This document shows positions 39,238-51,528 of a stretch of 64,000 nt of DNA, one piece after another. The stretch comes from Octopus vulgaris (taxonomy: Eukaryota). Position 1 is the first letter of the stretch. Each line of letters starts with the position of its first letter. Below the pieces are notes generated by a model. The model searched no databases, had not been told where the DNA came from, and saw nothing but the letters and a program-made list of their open reading frames with translations. Where the stretch lies: the NCBI GenBank assembly GCA_951406725.2, contig OX597816.1, forward strand, positions 142,910,001 through 142,974,000, read 5' to 3'. A program made the position numbers and the translations under genes.

Positions 39238-39240
<3 letters not shown>
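38872..39240 (+). mobile_element. Direct-repeat-bounded fragment, possibly a Penelope-like terminal repeat
   Basis: A ~60-bp direct repeat (AATAATAT.AGGGAATATTATTCCAAACTTACAGGG.AAAATTCAATTTAGAAAT) sits at both ends. Hammerhead-like TAATGA-GGGTAAACTCTCA-GAAACGTT at ~39140-39166. Confidence 0.45.
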
Positions 39241-39294
<54 letters not shown>

Positions 39295-39301
39295 AGCATA
39301 C

Positions 39302-39408
39302 ACATTGCACACACTGGTTCTGCAAAGTTCTATGGGTCAAAGCATCATCATCATTCTTTAACAGCTGTTTTCCTTGCTGGTACAAATTTATTTGGTTATA
39401 TGACAAAT
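39302..39408 (-). CDS. Possible coding exon
   Basis: TAG|...|GTATGC bounds an open frame DLSYNQINLYQQGKQLLKNDDDALTHRTLQNQCVQC. Its phase does not join directly to 32990. Confidence 0.3.
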
Positions 39409-41410
39409 CTATCCAACATATGTCAACATGGAATAAACAAAAAATTAAAGCAAAAGGCAAATCTACTTTCTTTAGCACTTTTTCTGAAAATGTGCATCCA
39501 ATGATGATCATTCATAATAAACATGAAGACTCCAAATCCTTTAAGCCTCTCAGCTGAAAGGTCCTTGTCTTGCTGGTGCAGGGGTGCTGAAGTCACATAA
39601 AAAGCACCTGTGCTGGTTCCACATAACAACACCCAGTATACTGTCAAGTGGTGGGCATTAGGAAGGGCATCCAGCTGTAGAAACCATGCCAAAACAGACA
39701 ATTGGAGTTCAGATAACACTCTGGCTGGCCAGCTCCTGCTAAACTGTCCAGCCCATAACCAGCAAGGAAGATGGATGTTAATGATTATGATGAAATTAGA
39801 TTGTATGACATACATTGATTTATCATTATTATTATTATTTTTTACTAACACTTTGCTGATAGTGAAATAACAAGTCATATATTTTTAAGAGTGGTGAGAA
39901 CTAAAGCTAATTGTATTCTCTCTACAAATACCCTTGCAGAAGGTATGTTAATACCTTCTCATTCCCTTCTTTTGAAATATGACGAAACTGAGCCCCATCC
40001 AATGCCAGTCTGTTCTTAATCCTATTCTCCACCACCAAGCCCCTATTCGTTACCCCACTCCTGTTCTATACACCCTATCCTATTCTACATACAATGTAAT
40101 AAAATTTAGTCTGCAGCTGTCATGTTTTATATCTCATCTAAAATGTCACAATCTTGCTGGATGCAAGCCATTGCATCTTCCAGTTTGTGTATTATTTTCC
40201 ATGTTTACCAACAGGACAAGCAAAATAAAGAAGTCATACAACGTCAGTAGGGTGGAGAAGTACAAGCAGTAAAAAGACTTGTATTAATTTAAACACTGTA
40301 GTTGACAGATAAACGATTGTTAGTGCATCAGTCACTTCTCATTTAAGCTGTAAAAGATTAGAAGAGATTTAGACATTTATGAAAAATATATTTTTATCTT
40401 AAAAACATAAATGTTAGGATTTGATTAATTTTGGTATTTTTTAAATTATGAGAAATAAAGGAAAATATAAACTTCCTTATTGTATTTTCTGACATACAAG
40501 TTAAATTTTTCAAACCAAAATTCACTACAAAGAAGGCAGGTTGACTTAGTAAGATGACTTTGGAGGATCAGAAATTCCATGTGAAATGCAGTAGGATTTG
40601 GTAAGATAATGCTGATATTTGAAAGCTTAAACTACATGTATACACTATATATATTACATTGATTTGTATGAAAGAAAATATGGTAATATGGTGTGTCTTA
40701 CTACACAAAAGCATGAGTTTATAATATGTATTGATGCACCTTGCATTTCCCTATTTCTTGTTAAGTTATTTAGTTGTCAAAATTTTGAAATATAAAAGGC
40801 ATCACATATTCTAGGACAACAGTATTTGAAATCTGTCACTGATAAAACATTTATCTAAAGCAAAAGCATTATTTTGCATCCTGAAATTAAAGGCAACAGA
40901 TAGAAAATTTCTATATCAAAGATAAAACGTTTTTCTAAAGATGAAAGAAACAGGAAAAGAAAAGATTGAAACAAAGAAAGAAAAAATAAAAAGAAAACAT
41001 GAAGAAAAAAAAAATGGCAGATAAATAAGAGTGAAATAAATGATAATAGTAATTTCTTTTTTCAAAACATACAAAACAATTTCAGGGATTAAATATCCAG
41101 ATTTTCTTCTTATAATACAAAGCTCATCTGCAAGTTTAAAATGATGTTAATGAATCTCTAACCGAAAGATTTGGGCCTTTGGAATAAAGTAGCATATTGG
41201 AATACGCTTAATATTTCAATGAGACATTTCAATATATTTATCATTTTTCATATAGAAGTCTGTTTGGCATTTTTTTTTTATTATTTTATTATCATGGTTA
41301 AAATTTGAGAGCCCATGAAATAAATTTTACTGATAAAAAAAAAAGAATATTGGAAATTTGAGATGAGAATATTAAAAGAAAGAAAAATTGGATATTTACC
41401 CTTTATTTAG

Positions 41411-42721
41411 TTATTGAACATAACCTAACCCTAATGGTCTGTCCATAATGTTCATTTTTGGTACAGGGAAAGGTCGTAAAGGTGGAAGACCTTTGTTGTG
41501 GCAGTCAAACCCATATGGTTGTATCTGTGGTGGTGGTGGCTGGTGATTTTGGGGTGGAATAATGTGAGGATTGGGTATGGATTCACCAGTAATGGACTTA
41601 TCACACATATCTCGATGTTGGACTGATGGATGTTGGGGTAAAACAGGGGGTTTTAAGTGATTTATAGGGGATGGATACATACTGAATGTTTTATCTGAGT
41701 TGCCAAAACCAACAGATGTTGGGATGGACAATGCAGTTTTGGAAAGGTTTGGTAATGATGTTGGTGGAGGTGAAGTGATGGTAAAAGCACCATCGAGAAT
41801 GTCTGAGGAGGGAGGTTGTTGTTGGATCGGATTTTGTGGGGCTTTGTGAGGGGATGGAATTTGTGGAGGTGGTGAGACAGCAGGAAAAGTTTTGTCACAA
41901 GTATTACAGTTATTATTATTAGAGATAGAATGAGGTGGAACTCCTGCCCCCATAACACTGAGGTCAGGTTTCACATGGCTAAGCATGTGCACTTTAAGGG
42001 CACCATTGTTAGCAAAGTTGTTACCACATGTCAGGCACTTAAAAAATTTATCTCCAGCATGAGACTTGATATGAATCCGACGAGCTCCAGGATTTGAAAA
42101 ATCTTTACCGCAGGTTTCACATTTATAAGGACGATCTCCAATATGGATTTTAAGATGTGTTTTCCAGGCACCAGAATTAGCAAATCTTTTGTCACAAATG
42201 TCACATGTGTAAGGTTTTTCACCCGTATGTGTGCGTGAATGTGTCTTCTGGGCACCAGAATTGGCAAATTTTCGACCACACGTATCACACTTGAACGGTT
42301 TTTCTCCAGTATGTGTTTTAGCATGTGTTTTCCAGGCACCAGAATTAGCGAAACACTTCCCGCAGACTTCACATTTGAAAGGCTTTTCTCCAGTATGTGT
42401 CCTCAGATGTGTCTTTAAGTGGCCAGACCCCGATAGAATCCGGCCACAAATCTCGCAGTCGAAAGGCATTTTCAAGCTGGCAACAGCACTTGCAGCTGTG
42501 GAAACTGCAGGATATGTAAATCCTGTAGGGGGTTGAGCTGGTGCTGCAGCCAAAGATGGTTGGGGATCAGTAGTTGTGTTTTGTAGAGCAGTGAGGCTGG
42601 TGAAGAAATTGAATGGATACCAGCAGTTATTGTCAGCACCCACACCCGCACCAGCAGACGTACTGAAACACGGCAGTGCTGTCGGTGGCGGTGTTGAGGA
42701 GGTGGATTGTTGTTTACTCAT
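41411..42721 (-). CDS. C2H2 zinc-finger protein, six fingers, Pro-rich C-terminus (436 aa, single coding exon)
   Basis: Intact ORF with six CxxC-x12-HxxxH fingers and TGEKPF/Y linkers. A likely splice acceptor at 43236-43237 opens the exon upstream of the ATG. Confidence 0.93.
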   Translation of the reverse strand: MSKQQSTSSTPPPTALPCFSTSAGAGVGADNNCWYPFNFFTSLTALQNTTTDPQPSLAAAPAQPPTGFTYPAVSTAASAVASLKMPFDCEICGRILSGSGHLKTHLRTHTGEKPFKCEVCGKCFANSGAWKTHAKTHTGEKPFKCDTCGRKFANSGAQKTHSRTHTGEKPYTCDICDKRFANSGAWKTHLKIHIGDRPYKCETCGKDFSNPGARRIHIKSHAGDKFFKCLTCGNNFANNGALKVHMLSHVKPDLSVMGAGVPPHSISNNNNCNTCDKTFPAVSPPPQIPSPHKAPQNPIQQQPPSSDILDGAFTITSPPPTSLPNLSKTALSIPTSVGFGNSDKTFSMYPSPINHLKPPVLPQHPSVQHRDMCDKSITGESIPNPHIIPPQNHQPPPPQIQPYGFDCHNKGLPPLRPFPVPKMNIMDRPLGLGYVQ

Positions 42722-44531
42722 TCAACAATTAGGACAGAAGATGCTATATAATGGTGTCTTTTGTCTTTACTTTTTTTTTTTTTTTTTTTTTCTGTAGCAA
42801 ATGATATTTTCAATATATTTGTAAAGAGTAAAAACAGAACTGAGAGAAATAAGTTTTCTCAACTTTCATTTATTTTGATGTGTTTTATCAATAACAAGTC
42901 ACAATGTCTTTGGTTAATAATATATTCTTACCAATTCTTAGAAACACACTCACAATTATTGACAGGTAAACATTTGTGGGTTTCTGTTTTAGATACCATC
43001 ACACACACACACACATATATATATATATTTACATACAAATATGAATATAGTTACACAGACAATTGTTTAAACAATCACACACACACATACACTAATTTCT
43101 GATTATCACTGTATAAAGTTTAAAACAATCTTAAATAAGTTCTTTTAGTCCAACAAGATGGCAGTGTGACCATCTTGATAATGGTCCAAGAGGTCAAATC
43201 CGCAAACAATATTGACCTCAGAAGTTTAGAGAAATCTGAAAGAAGAAAGAAAAAATTCTTATTAAAATTTATAAAAATAAATCAACAGTTACAATAACAA
43301 TTCTAATTAAACATTTATTATTTCTAAAAACAGTTTCTTTAAATATAAAAACTAGAAAAATTTTAAAAGTCCTAAATTTTTATTTTCAACATTTAACCAA
43401 AAAGAAATGGTGAATTAATGATTTCTTTAGATGTATATGTGGACACCATTTATCAAGAAGTTACAACACCATATTCAGTCTCAATACAGAACTAGGCCTC
43501 ATCACATGTCTTTTCAGTAGCTTGGGATAAGGATCAAACCAATTGATTTTAGAAACTGTAAGAGCAGAGAATAACAGTTGCTGTGCTCTGACCAAGTCCA
43601 CTTCACATTACTCTGTTGTAGTCACTATCAGAATCTAGAAACATACTAAAGTAAGGTAGACTGTGTCAAGTTTGCTATGTGTCAAGAGTATCACACTGTA
43701 TTTCCTATGATTCATTACTGAATGTCAGAGAGCAATACAGCTCAGAATGTAAAAAGCCAAAAGAAATGGCCACGGAGCATTTTTTGTCCAATGCAATAAT
43801 GATTCTGCCAGCTCACTCCTTTGAATTTGATGATAACAATGGTAGACAACAGCAATAAATTTAATTGTTAAAATGGTGGTGGGTGCTAAATGAAAAAAAT
43901 GAAAGAAAGAAAGAACACATTCACATAAAGATAAAACTAAAATACAAATAATTTCTCAATAAGAACAACACCCATTCCAAAATAAAAAAAGTGCCTTCTT
44001 TGAGAGAAATGAGCAAAGAAAATAATTCTGTTTAGCTATATAGAAATAATTCTTTGCTGAGATTATTGTGAAGACAAATAACATAATTCACATCAGATTA
44101 AAACTGAAGTCAGAGGTGGTTAAATTTATTTTGAAAATAGAATAATAAAATAAATTGATATTTTGATTGCCTCCTTGGAGGGAAAAATATGAGGAAAGAT
44201 GAAGTGGAAAGGGAAAATATGAAAAGATTAGTGAATGATGGCAAGAGAGATGGCTTAGATGTAGCTGTGTGGACAAGTTCTTGTCACAACCATAAGTTAG
44301 ATTACACTGCATTACTTTAAGCAAGTGTCTTTACCATAACCTCAAGTTGACCAATATCTTCTTAGTGGAATTTGGGAGATGGAAACTATGCACAAGTCTG
44401 TAAGTGTGAATGTGCATGCATATGTGTGTGTATAAAAGTCTCTTTTTATGTCAATTTATAAATGATTAGCAATTTAACATTAAAGTAAAGTATTACTCAA
44501 TACTTTTTAGCAGACTACATGTTAGTTAAAT

Positions 44532-44637
44532 TTTTACAAGAGGAGTACCAGAGACTTTGAAGTTTTAGCTTGCTACCCTCTGACAAAGGCTAGCAGGTCA
44601 AAACTTCAAAGTCACCATTCCTTCTCTTCCTGTAAAA
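44532..44637. repeat. Inverted repeat with CpG-decayed hammerhead-like core
   Basis: GACTTTGAAGTTTT (44553-44566) / AAAACTTCAAAGTC (44600-44613), preceded by CTGACAA at 44580. Confidence 0.5.
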
Positions 44638-45057
44638 GTTTAAAATATATCTTTCCTTTTATTTTTTACTTGTTTCAGTCATTGGACTGCCGCTATGCTG
44701 GGACACCAACTTGAAGAGTTTAATCAAACATATCAACCTCAGGACATTTTTTTTTTTAAGCTTGACTCTTCTATCCATTCTTTTTGCCAAATCACAAACA
44801 AACCAACACCAGTTGTCTAGAAGTGGTGAGGGACAAACACAGATACATATATACACACATGCACATGTATATATATATTATATATATATATATACATACA
44901 ATGGGCTTCTTTCAGCTTCCATCTATTAAGTCCATTCACAAGGCTTTAATCAGCCCAAGGCTATAGTAGAATACACTTGCCCTGGGTGCAATGCCATGGG
45001 ACAGAACCTGGAACCATGCGTTTAAGAAGCAAACATCTTACCACTCAGTCATGCCTA

Positions 45058-45490
45058 GCTTTTGTGTGCAGCAGATGCACAGGAGCAATAAGCACCACAG
45101 ATATTCAGAAAACAGATTCCATTACATGCCAGGGGAAGAAACTAGAAGTAGCTGACAGCTTCCGCTACCTAGGTGACCAAGTCTGTAGTGGAGGTGGAAG
45201 AGCATTGCCACTAGAATAAGAATAGCCTAAGCGAAATCCAAGATCTCTCGCTCAGAGTGAAAGGCAGATTGTATGATGCATGTGTGCGAACTGCCATGCT
45301 ACAAGGCAGTGAAACATGGGCCGTGACTGCTGAAGACGTGTAGGTTTGAAAGAAATGAAGCTTGTATGATCCACTGGATGTGTAATGTCAGTGTGCACAC
45401 ACAACAGAGTGTAAGTGCCCTGAGAGAAATGTTGGACATAAGAAGCATCAGATGTGGTGTGCAGAGAGTTGACTATGCTGGTATGGTTGA
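45058..45490 (+). mobile_element. RTE LINE internal fragment
   Basis: LEVADSFRYLGD...WMCNVS...; homologous to 3190-3600 (-) and 56830-57200. Confidence 0.8.
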
Positions 45491-46801
45491 CAGAGCTGAC
45501 AGGTATAGAGAAAACAAGCATGCAGTATTACTTAACTGTGCTGTTATCTAACATCTGGTTTAATACCCAGTGTGAAACTGATTGATAACATCGGCCGTGA
45601 TGGACATATCTATAGCTATTATATATATATATATATCTGTACACTTTGATTCCACTCCCACTTGTTTCCAAGTAAGGTAATGTTTCTCCATGACCAGACA
45701 TGTTTTCATGGAAGATTGGAAATGAAGGACACTGCTTGCATGAGAGTAACACTTGCTTACAACTATCATGTAATATCAAGGCAAAGCCACAATATCACAC
45801 ACACACAATTCGGCTTCATTCAGTTTTCAATTACCAAATCCTCACACAAAGCTTAAGTCTCTTACTAAAGCCCTGGGCTTTGGTCAGCCCATGGCTTTAA
45901 TAGTAGATGTGATACAGCCACACCTGCACCTAATATCAATGAAAATTCTAGAGTACCACAAGTGGTGCTGTGTTGTATATGGTGGTGGGGGTTATTGTGA
46001 CAGTGTGCTCTCTTTTACCATGTGCATCCTATTCATCTGGCAGCAGTAATTACTCAAAAATAAACATACAAACTTTAAACTACTTTGATATAACATTTTT
46101 CTTTGAGTGTTATTAAATTTGAAATCAAATTACAGTATTATTTTTTTTTAAATTAGTTTCAGTCAATAAATTTCTAATGACTCTATAAATACAATTAGTC
46201 ACTATGAAAGCATAGTATTTATTAGATGTGGGGTATAAAAGGGAATGAGCATAAGAAAGTCATATATAAGTAACAGGCTGAATATAGATAGAATGAAGCA
46301 GGGAGAGGAGTGAATGAATTAGAATACACTGTCCCTCAGCTTACATGGGAAATTGATTCTGTAAGTCATTGTGCAAGTTGAAATTGTGTAAAACAAAGAC
46401 GACATGATTTTAATGATCATCATTATCATCATCATTTAACATCTATTTTCCATGCCGGTATGGGTCGGAGGGTTTGATAGGGCCCAATCGTCTGTTTTGC
46501 CATGGTTTCTATAGCTGGATGCCCTTCCTGACACTAACCACTTTATAGAGTGTAATGGGTGCCTTTTACATGGTACCAGCACAGGTGCTATTATGTGGCA
46601 CAGGCAAGAGTGCTTTTTACATGGCACCAGCGTGTTAATAAAAAGCAAGTAAAATTATTATTTACTGAATTAAGAATAAATTTGATTGTTGTGTGTGTGT
46701 GTGTGTAAACAAAGGATAAAATCATTAAAATTAATGAATCTTATCAGTGGCCAGCATATAAAAAACCTTTTAGGTAAAATTCATATATAGAGATATATAA
46801 T

Positions 46802-47013
46802 TGTATAGAATACAATTATAATTAAGGGTACAGAAGCTATCATGCCTATATGCTAGAAAGAGATGCCAAATACATCCAACCACTATAAGTTTCACTCCAT
46901 CATGCTTTCAACCAGTGTATATCAAAGTGAAACTTAGTGGTTGGACATATTTAGTGTCTCTTTCTAGCATATACAACATGGTAGCTTCTGTGTCCTTAAC
47001 TGTATTCTATACA
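46802..47013. mobile_element. Fold-back element (~90-bp arms)
   Basis: Arms 46802-46895 and 46927-47013 are reverse complementary. Related to 54492-54690. Confidence 0.7.
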
Positions 47014-47999
47014 TACATATATACTATATGTATGTATATTATATGTATTTTAATATTTCACTTAACCATAGCAATACTAATAACCTGGAGTGGGAACTCA
47101 ATATACATATGATTGTGAGAGAGGTGTTAACCAAGTACAGAGAGTAATAAAAGATTATATAAACAACAAGAGAACAAGAAATTATATAATGGACTTCATT
47201 AGTTTATAGCTGTTTCTGCTCAAATTTGAAATACACTCATAGTTGAGTGCTTGTGTATCATCTTATAGCTTTGTCAGAGCTTTAAGGGCTGGTTTATTTA
47301 TCTTAAACTGCTTCACAGTTGCCATTGAAGCCTTTCCATTTTGCAGTTGATTTGATATTTTAATTTTCATTTCCAGAGAAATCAACTTACTTGATGTTTG
47401 AACCACTACAATTCAACCAAGAAAATATTTAACAAAATACTGAAAAAAAAAAAACTAATTCTAACCTATGTCTGTCTTTGTTTAGTGTGTGGTCTACCTT
47501 GCTATAGAAGAAATAAAATGTAAATGAACCAAAAAGGAACAATTAAGTGACATTTCTGAATATGAAAATTAAAAAAAAAAAAGTTCCCAGAAACCAAAAT
47601 TGTGGTAAAGTAAGACCATAATGCAGAAGAAGTGCCATGAAAACTGAAGGACAACTGTATTAGGTAAATTAGAGGCTAATTAGTGAATGAGTGAATGCAG
47701 AGTACAAGAAAGGGTATATTTCTAATAGAAGAGTTTAGAAAAGACTATGTACAAGTGAGATGCCACTTGCTTTCAATCTATAACTTTGCTACTTATTCCA
47801 TTATCTTGATATCCCATACAGTACATATGATACAACTAGCTGCTATATTTCAAAATAGGGGACAGAAAAATTAGTTTTCTATTATGATTTATGGTGTTAT
47901 CATTGAATATGCTCCATATTAATAATGAATTTACCAATTTGGGTGAGTATACAACATTCATTCATCTAGAACACACAGAATATATGCCACTATAATTCT

Positions 48000-48533
48000 G
48001 ATCATCAAATATGGAGGTGAACGTCAACACTGACAATTACTCTAAATTAACTCGGATTTCGTCCTGTTTATCTGATATTCAGTTTAACGTGGGTTCACAG
48101 TACACACGTGTACACTGAGAGGGTGGGTTTGGCTTTGACTTGACTTGAAACAGCATTCACCCAGGGTGGGTTGAGCTGGCTTCATTCATCCTCAATCCTG
48201 CATCCCTCACAAACGCCAACCAGACCTGGCGATTTGGTGGGTTTAACATGGCAGAGTCCCATCTGACACAGATCCAAGAGCATGGTATGCCTTTTTATTT
48301 CCTAACTGCCGACTACAGTGACTGAGAGATTACCAGTTTCTTAAAAGTGCTCAGGTCTTTTGTGTTCAGAGTTGGGGAAGATGTGAAGGCCCCTAGCAAC
48401 ATTGTATCGTCTACAAACAAGAGAAAGAAGCATTCCCAATGTTGTTAGGGAAGCTAAGTTCATTCAACAGATCCAAGACATTATTGACAACAACCACAGC
48501 AGGCTGATAAAGGCCATCAGGTATAAGTTTTTC
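48000..48533 (-). pseudogene. Highly decayed LINE RT fragment
   Basis: Minus strand near 48400-48425 translates LLFVDDT, resembling the RT catalytic motif. Confidence 0.4.
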
Positions 48534-49381
48534 AGGATCTTTTCCTTTTGAAGGCCAGATTTCAACACAATTTCTAGTTAACTAAACACTTTAAAACTTC
48601 GTATACTAGTAGAATGTGTCAAAAGAAAACATTATTTTCACTTGGCTTTCTTGATAAATTTGTAATTCGTTTGTTTAACGTAGTTTAATTTTTCGAATTT
48701 TAACCAATCCTATGCTCTCTTTTGAGCTAAAATCATTTGCTGCATCTAAAAACTGAGACAACATCCTGTAACTAACCCTCACCCTAACCCTAAATTTTTT
48801 TCTTAATTGTTAAATCAATTTAATTGTTACACGTGTAAAAAGAACTAAAGCAATGGAAAATAATTTAAACAATTAACATACAAAATAATTCTATAATTTT
48901 TATACATACACTTTCCGTACGTATACGGAAAGCGTGTATTACGGAAAGCATGTGTATAAAAATTATACAGGTACGTATACGGAAAGCGTGTATTACGGAA
49001 AGCGTGTGTATAAAAATTATAGAATTATTTTGTATGTCAACTGTTTAAATTATTTTCCATTACTTTAGTTTTTTTTACATGCGTAACAATTAAATTAATT
49101 TTACAATTAAGGAAAAAAAAAGTTAGGGGGAGGGGGAGGGTTAGTTACAGGATGTTGTCTCAGTTTTAGACGCAGCAAATGATTTTAGCTCATAAGAGAG
49201 CATAGGATTGGTTAAAATTCGAAAAATTAAACCATGTTAAACAAACGAATTACAAATTTATCAAGAAAGCCATGTGAAAATAATGTTTTCTTTTGAGAGA
49301 TTCTACCAGTATACGAAGTTTTAAAGTGTTTAGTTAACTGGAAATTGTGTTGAAATCTGGCCTTCAAAAGGAAAAGATCCG
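48534..49381. mobile_element. ~850-bp almost fully palindromic non-autonomous DNA transposon
   Basis: Termini (A)GGATCTTTTCCTTTTGAAGGCCAGATTTCAACAC and its reverse complement. Arms ~385 bp, TC on both flanks, internal (TAACCC)-type repeats and a duplicated centre. Confidence 0.85.
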
Positions 49382-49727
49382 TCTTTCATGATGATAAGAG
49401 AGAAGTTTATGTCCAGAATCACCAGAGAACCCCATGTGATCATGTGACATCTTTCCAACATCATGTGGCATTCTAGTTCTCCCTTTTTGAACCACTTACT
49501 ACTACATCTGTAGCAGTATTGGTAGGGTGACCAAACAGGAGTCCTTTAGTACAGGATGTCATAGGGGCCACCTGATCCTGTATGCAGTTGTTTCCATGGC
49601 CACACCAGGAATGTCAGTGAAACTGGGGGAGGGTAATTTTGTTGAATGGACGATCTCCTTTATGTATCTATTTGAATGATTGTCCTTTTTTTTTGTTAGA
49701 GATTTTATTTTTTTGTTTGGTGTCTCG

Positions 49728-50068
49728 TATGTACATAATCATGTATACGTATACTTATATATGCTGGGAAAAACACACACAACATACACACACACATATA
49801 TATTTTTTTTATTTATTTATTTTATTTTTATTTTATCTAGTTTCAGCTCACGAGCTGTGGCCATGCTGGGGCACCGCCATTTATATATATTTTATATTTA
49901 TATATATATATATATATATGTATATAATCATGTATACGTATACTTATATATGCTGGGAAAAACACACACAACATACACACACACATATATATTTTTTTTA
50001 TTTATTTATTTTATTTTTATTTTATCTAGTTTCAGCTCACGAGCTGTGGCCATGCTGGGGCATATATA

Positions 50069-50107
<39 letters not shown>

Positions 50108-50285
50108 ATCATGTATACGTATACTTATATATGCTGGGAAAAACACACACAACATACACACACACATATATATTTTTTTTATTTATTTATTTTATTTTTA
50201 TTTTATCTAGTTTCAGCTCACGAGCTGTGGCCATGCTGGGGCACCGCCATTTATATATATTTTATATTTATATATATATATATAT
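49728..50285. repeat. Three near-identical ~185-bp tandem units
   Basis: ATAATCATGTATACGTATACTTATATATGCTGGGAAAAACAC...GCTCACGAGCTGTGGCCATGCTGGGGCA occurs three times. Confidence 0.9.
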
Positions 50286-51528
50286 ATCATCATCATCATC
50301 GTTTAGCGTCCGTTTTCCATGCTGGCATGGGTTGGACAGTGCAACTGGGGTCTGGGAAGCCAGAAGGCTGCACCAGGCCCAGTCTGATCTGGCAATGTTT
50401 CTACGGCTGGATGCCCTTCCTAACGCCAACCACTCCATGAGTGTAGTGGGTGCTTTTTACGTGCCACCGGCACAGGTGCCAGACGAGGCTGGCAAATGGC
50501 CACAATCGGATGGTGCTTTTCACGTGCCACCGGTACGGAGGCCAGGCGAGGCTGGCAAACAGCCATATATATATATATATATATATATGCGTGTGTGTGT
50601 GTATACACATACAGCTCAAGTAATTATTATATTATGCTCAGATGAATTTAAAAAACATAAAAGTCGTAACTGTAGTAAAAATGGTTTTTCTACATTGAAA
50701 AAGCAGAAACTGTTTTTTATAGCAAAAATATTAAAGAAATAGTTACAGAAGGTACAGACACTCGTGTATACATAAACGTGGGTGTATAGGCACATGTATG
50801 TAAGAAAATATGCAAACTTTCCAAAGAGAATCTTGTTGGCAGTCTCCAAGCTGTTAAAATTGCTAACTCACTGAAAATAATGAGTTTATTGCAATAATTG
50901 AAAAAAGAAAAAAGAAAAATGCAAATAGTTGTGAAGCATGAAGTAAATCAGAATGGCCTTCAAGCAATTATTTTTCTTTTAAAAATTGTAATAGGATAAA
51001 AATTCTTCATAAATATAACAAAACAAATTCTTAGAGGAAAATTTAAACAGCTAAACTAAATCTTGCAACATTTATGACATTTATTTGTTTGTAATAAAAA
51101 TTTACTAAGAATGAGATCAGCTTAAATCTCTGAGTGTTTGTAGAGAAGACTTAATAAAGCAGGGATTCTCAAACCTAGGCAAATGGGTAAGAGTACTCTT
51201 GGTAGTATGCAAGAGAAATTATAGGGATACATACAATTATAGAAATTTGTAAAAGCACTAGAATTTTGAAGTAATCACAACTAACTACCTTTCAATGGTG
51301 CAACTTTAATTTTAGTAAATAGTATTTATGAAATAATAATAAAAAGTGTCAGATATGGTGAATTTCAAATACAGTTATTAACAAATGTTATATGAAATCC
51401 ATAAAATTATGTTCACTGTTGTGTATTTGTAGCATCCAACCATTTTACTCTCTATTCTTCACAAGAAGCGTAAGGGACAGGTATGCTATAAGAAAACGTT
51501 TTAGAATTTCTGTACTAAAGATTGTTCT

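Noticed and set aside
43154-43177. Iron-responsive element (CAGTGT in a loop)
   Set aside because: The loop is 8 nt, the upper-stem register and C bulge do not fit, and it is antisense to the nearby gene.
48770-48795. Telomere or interstitial telomere
   Set aside because: Only about three degenerate units, mirrored inside a transposon arm.
49639-50742. 367-aa ORF
   Set aside because: Runs through (TA)n, a tandem triplication and an antisense RTE tail. No coding character.
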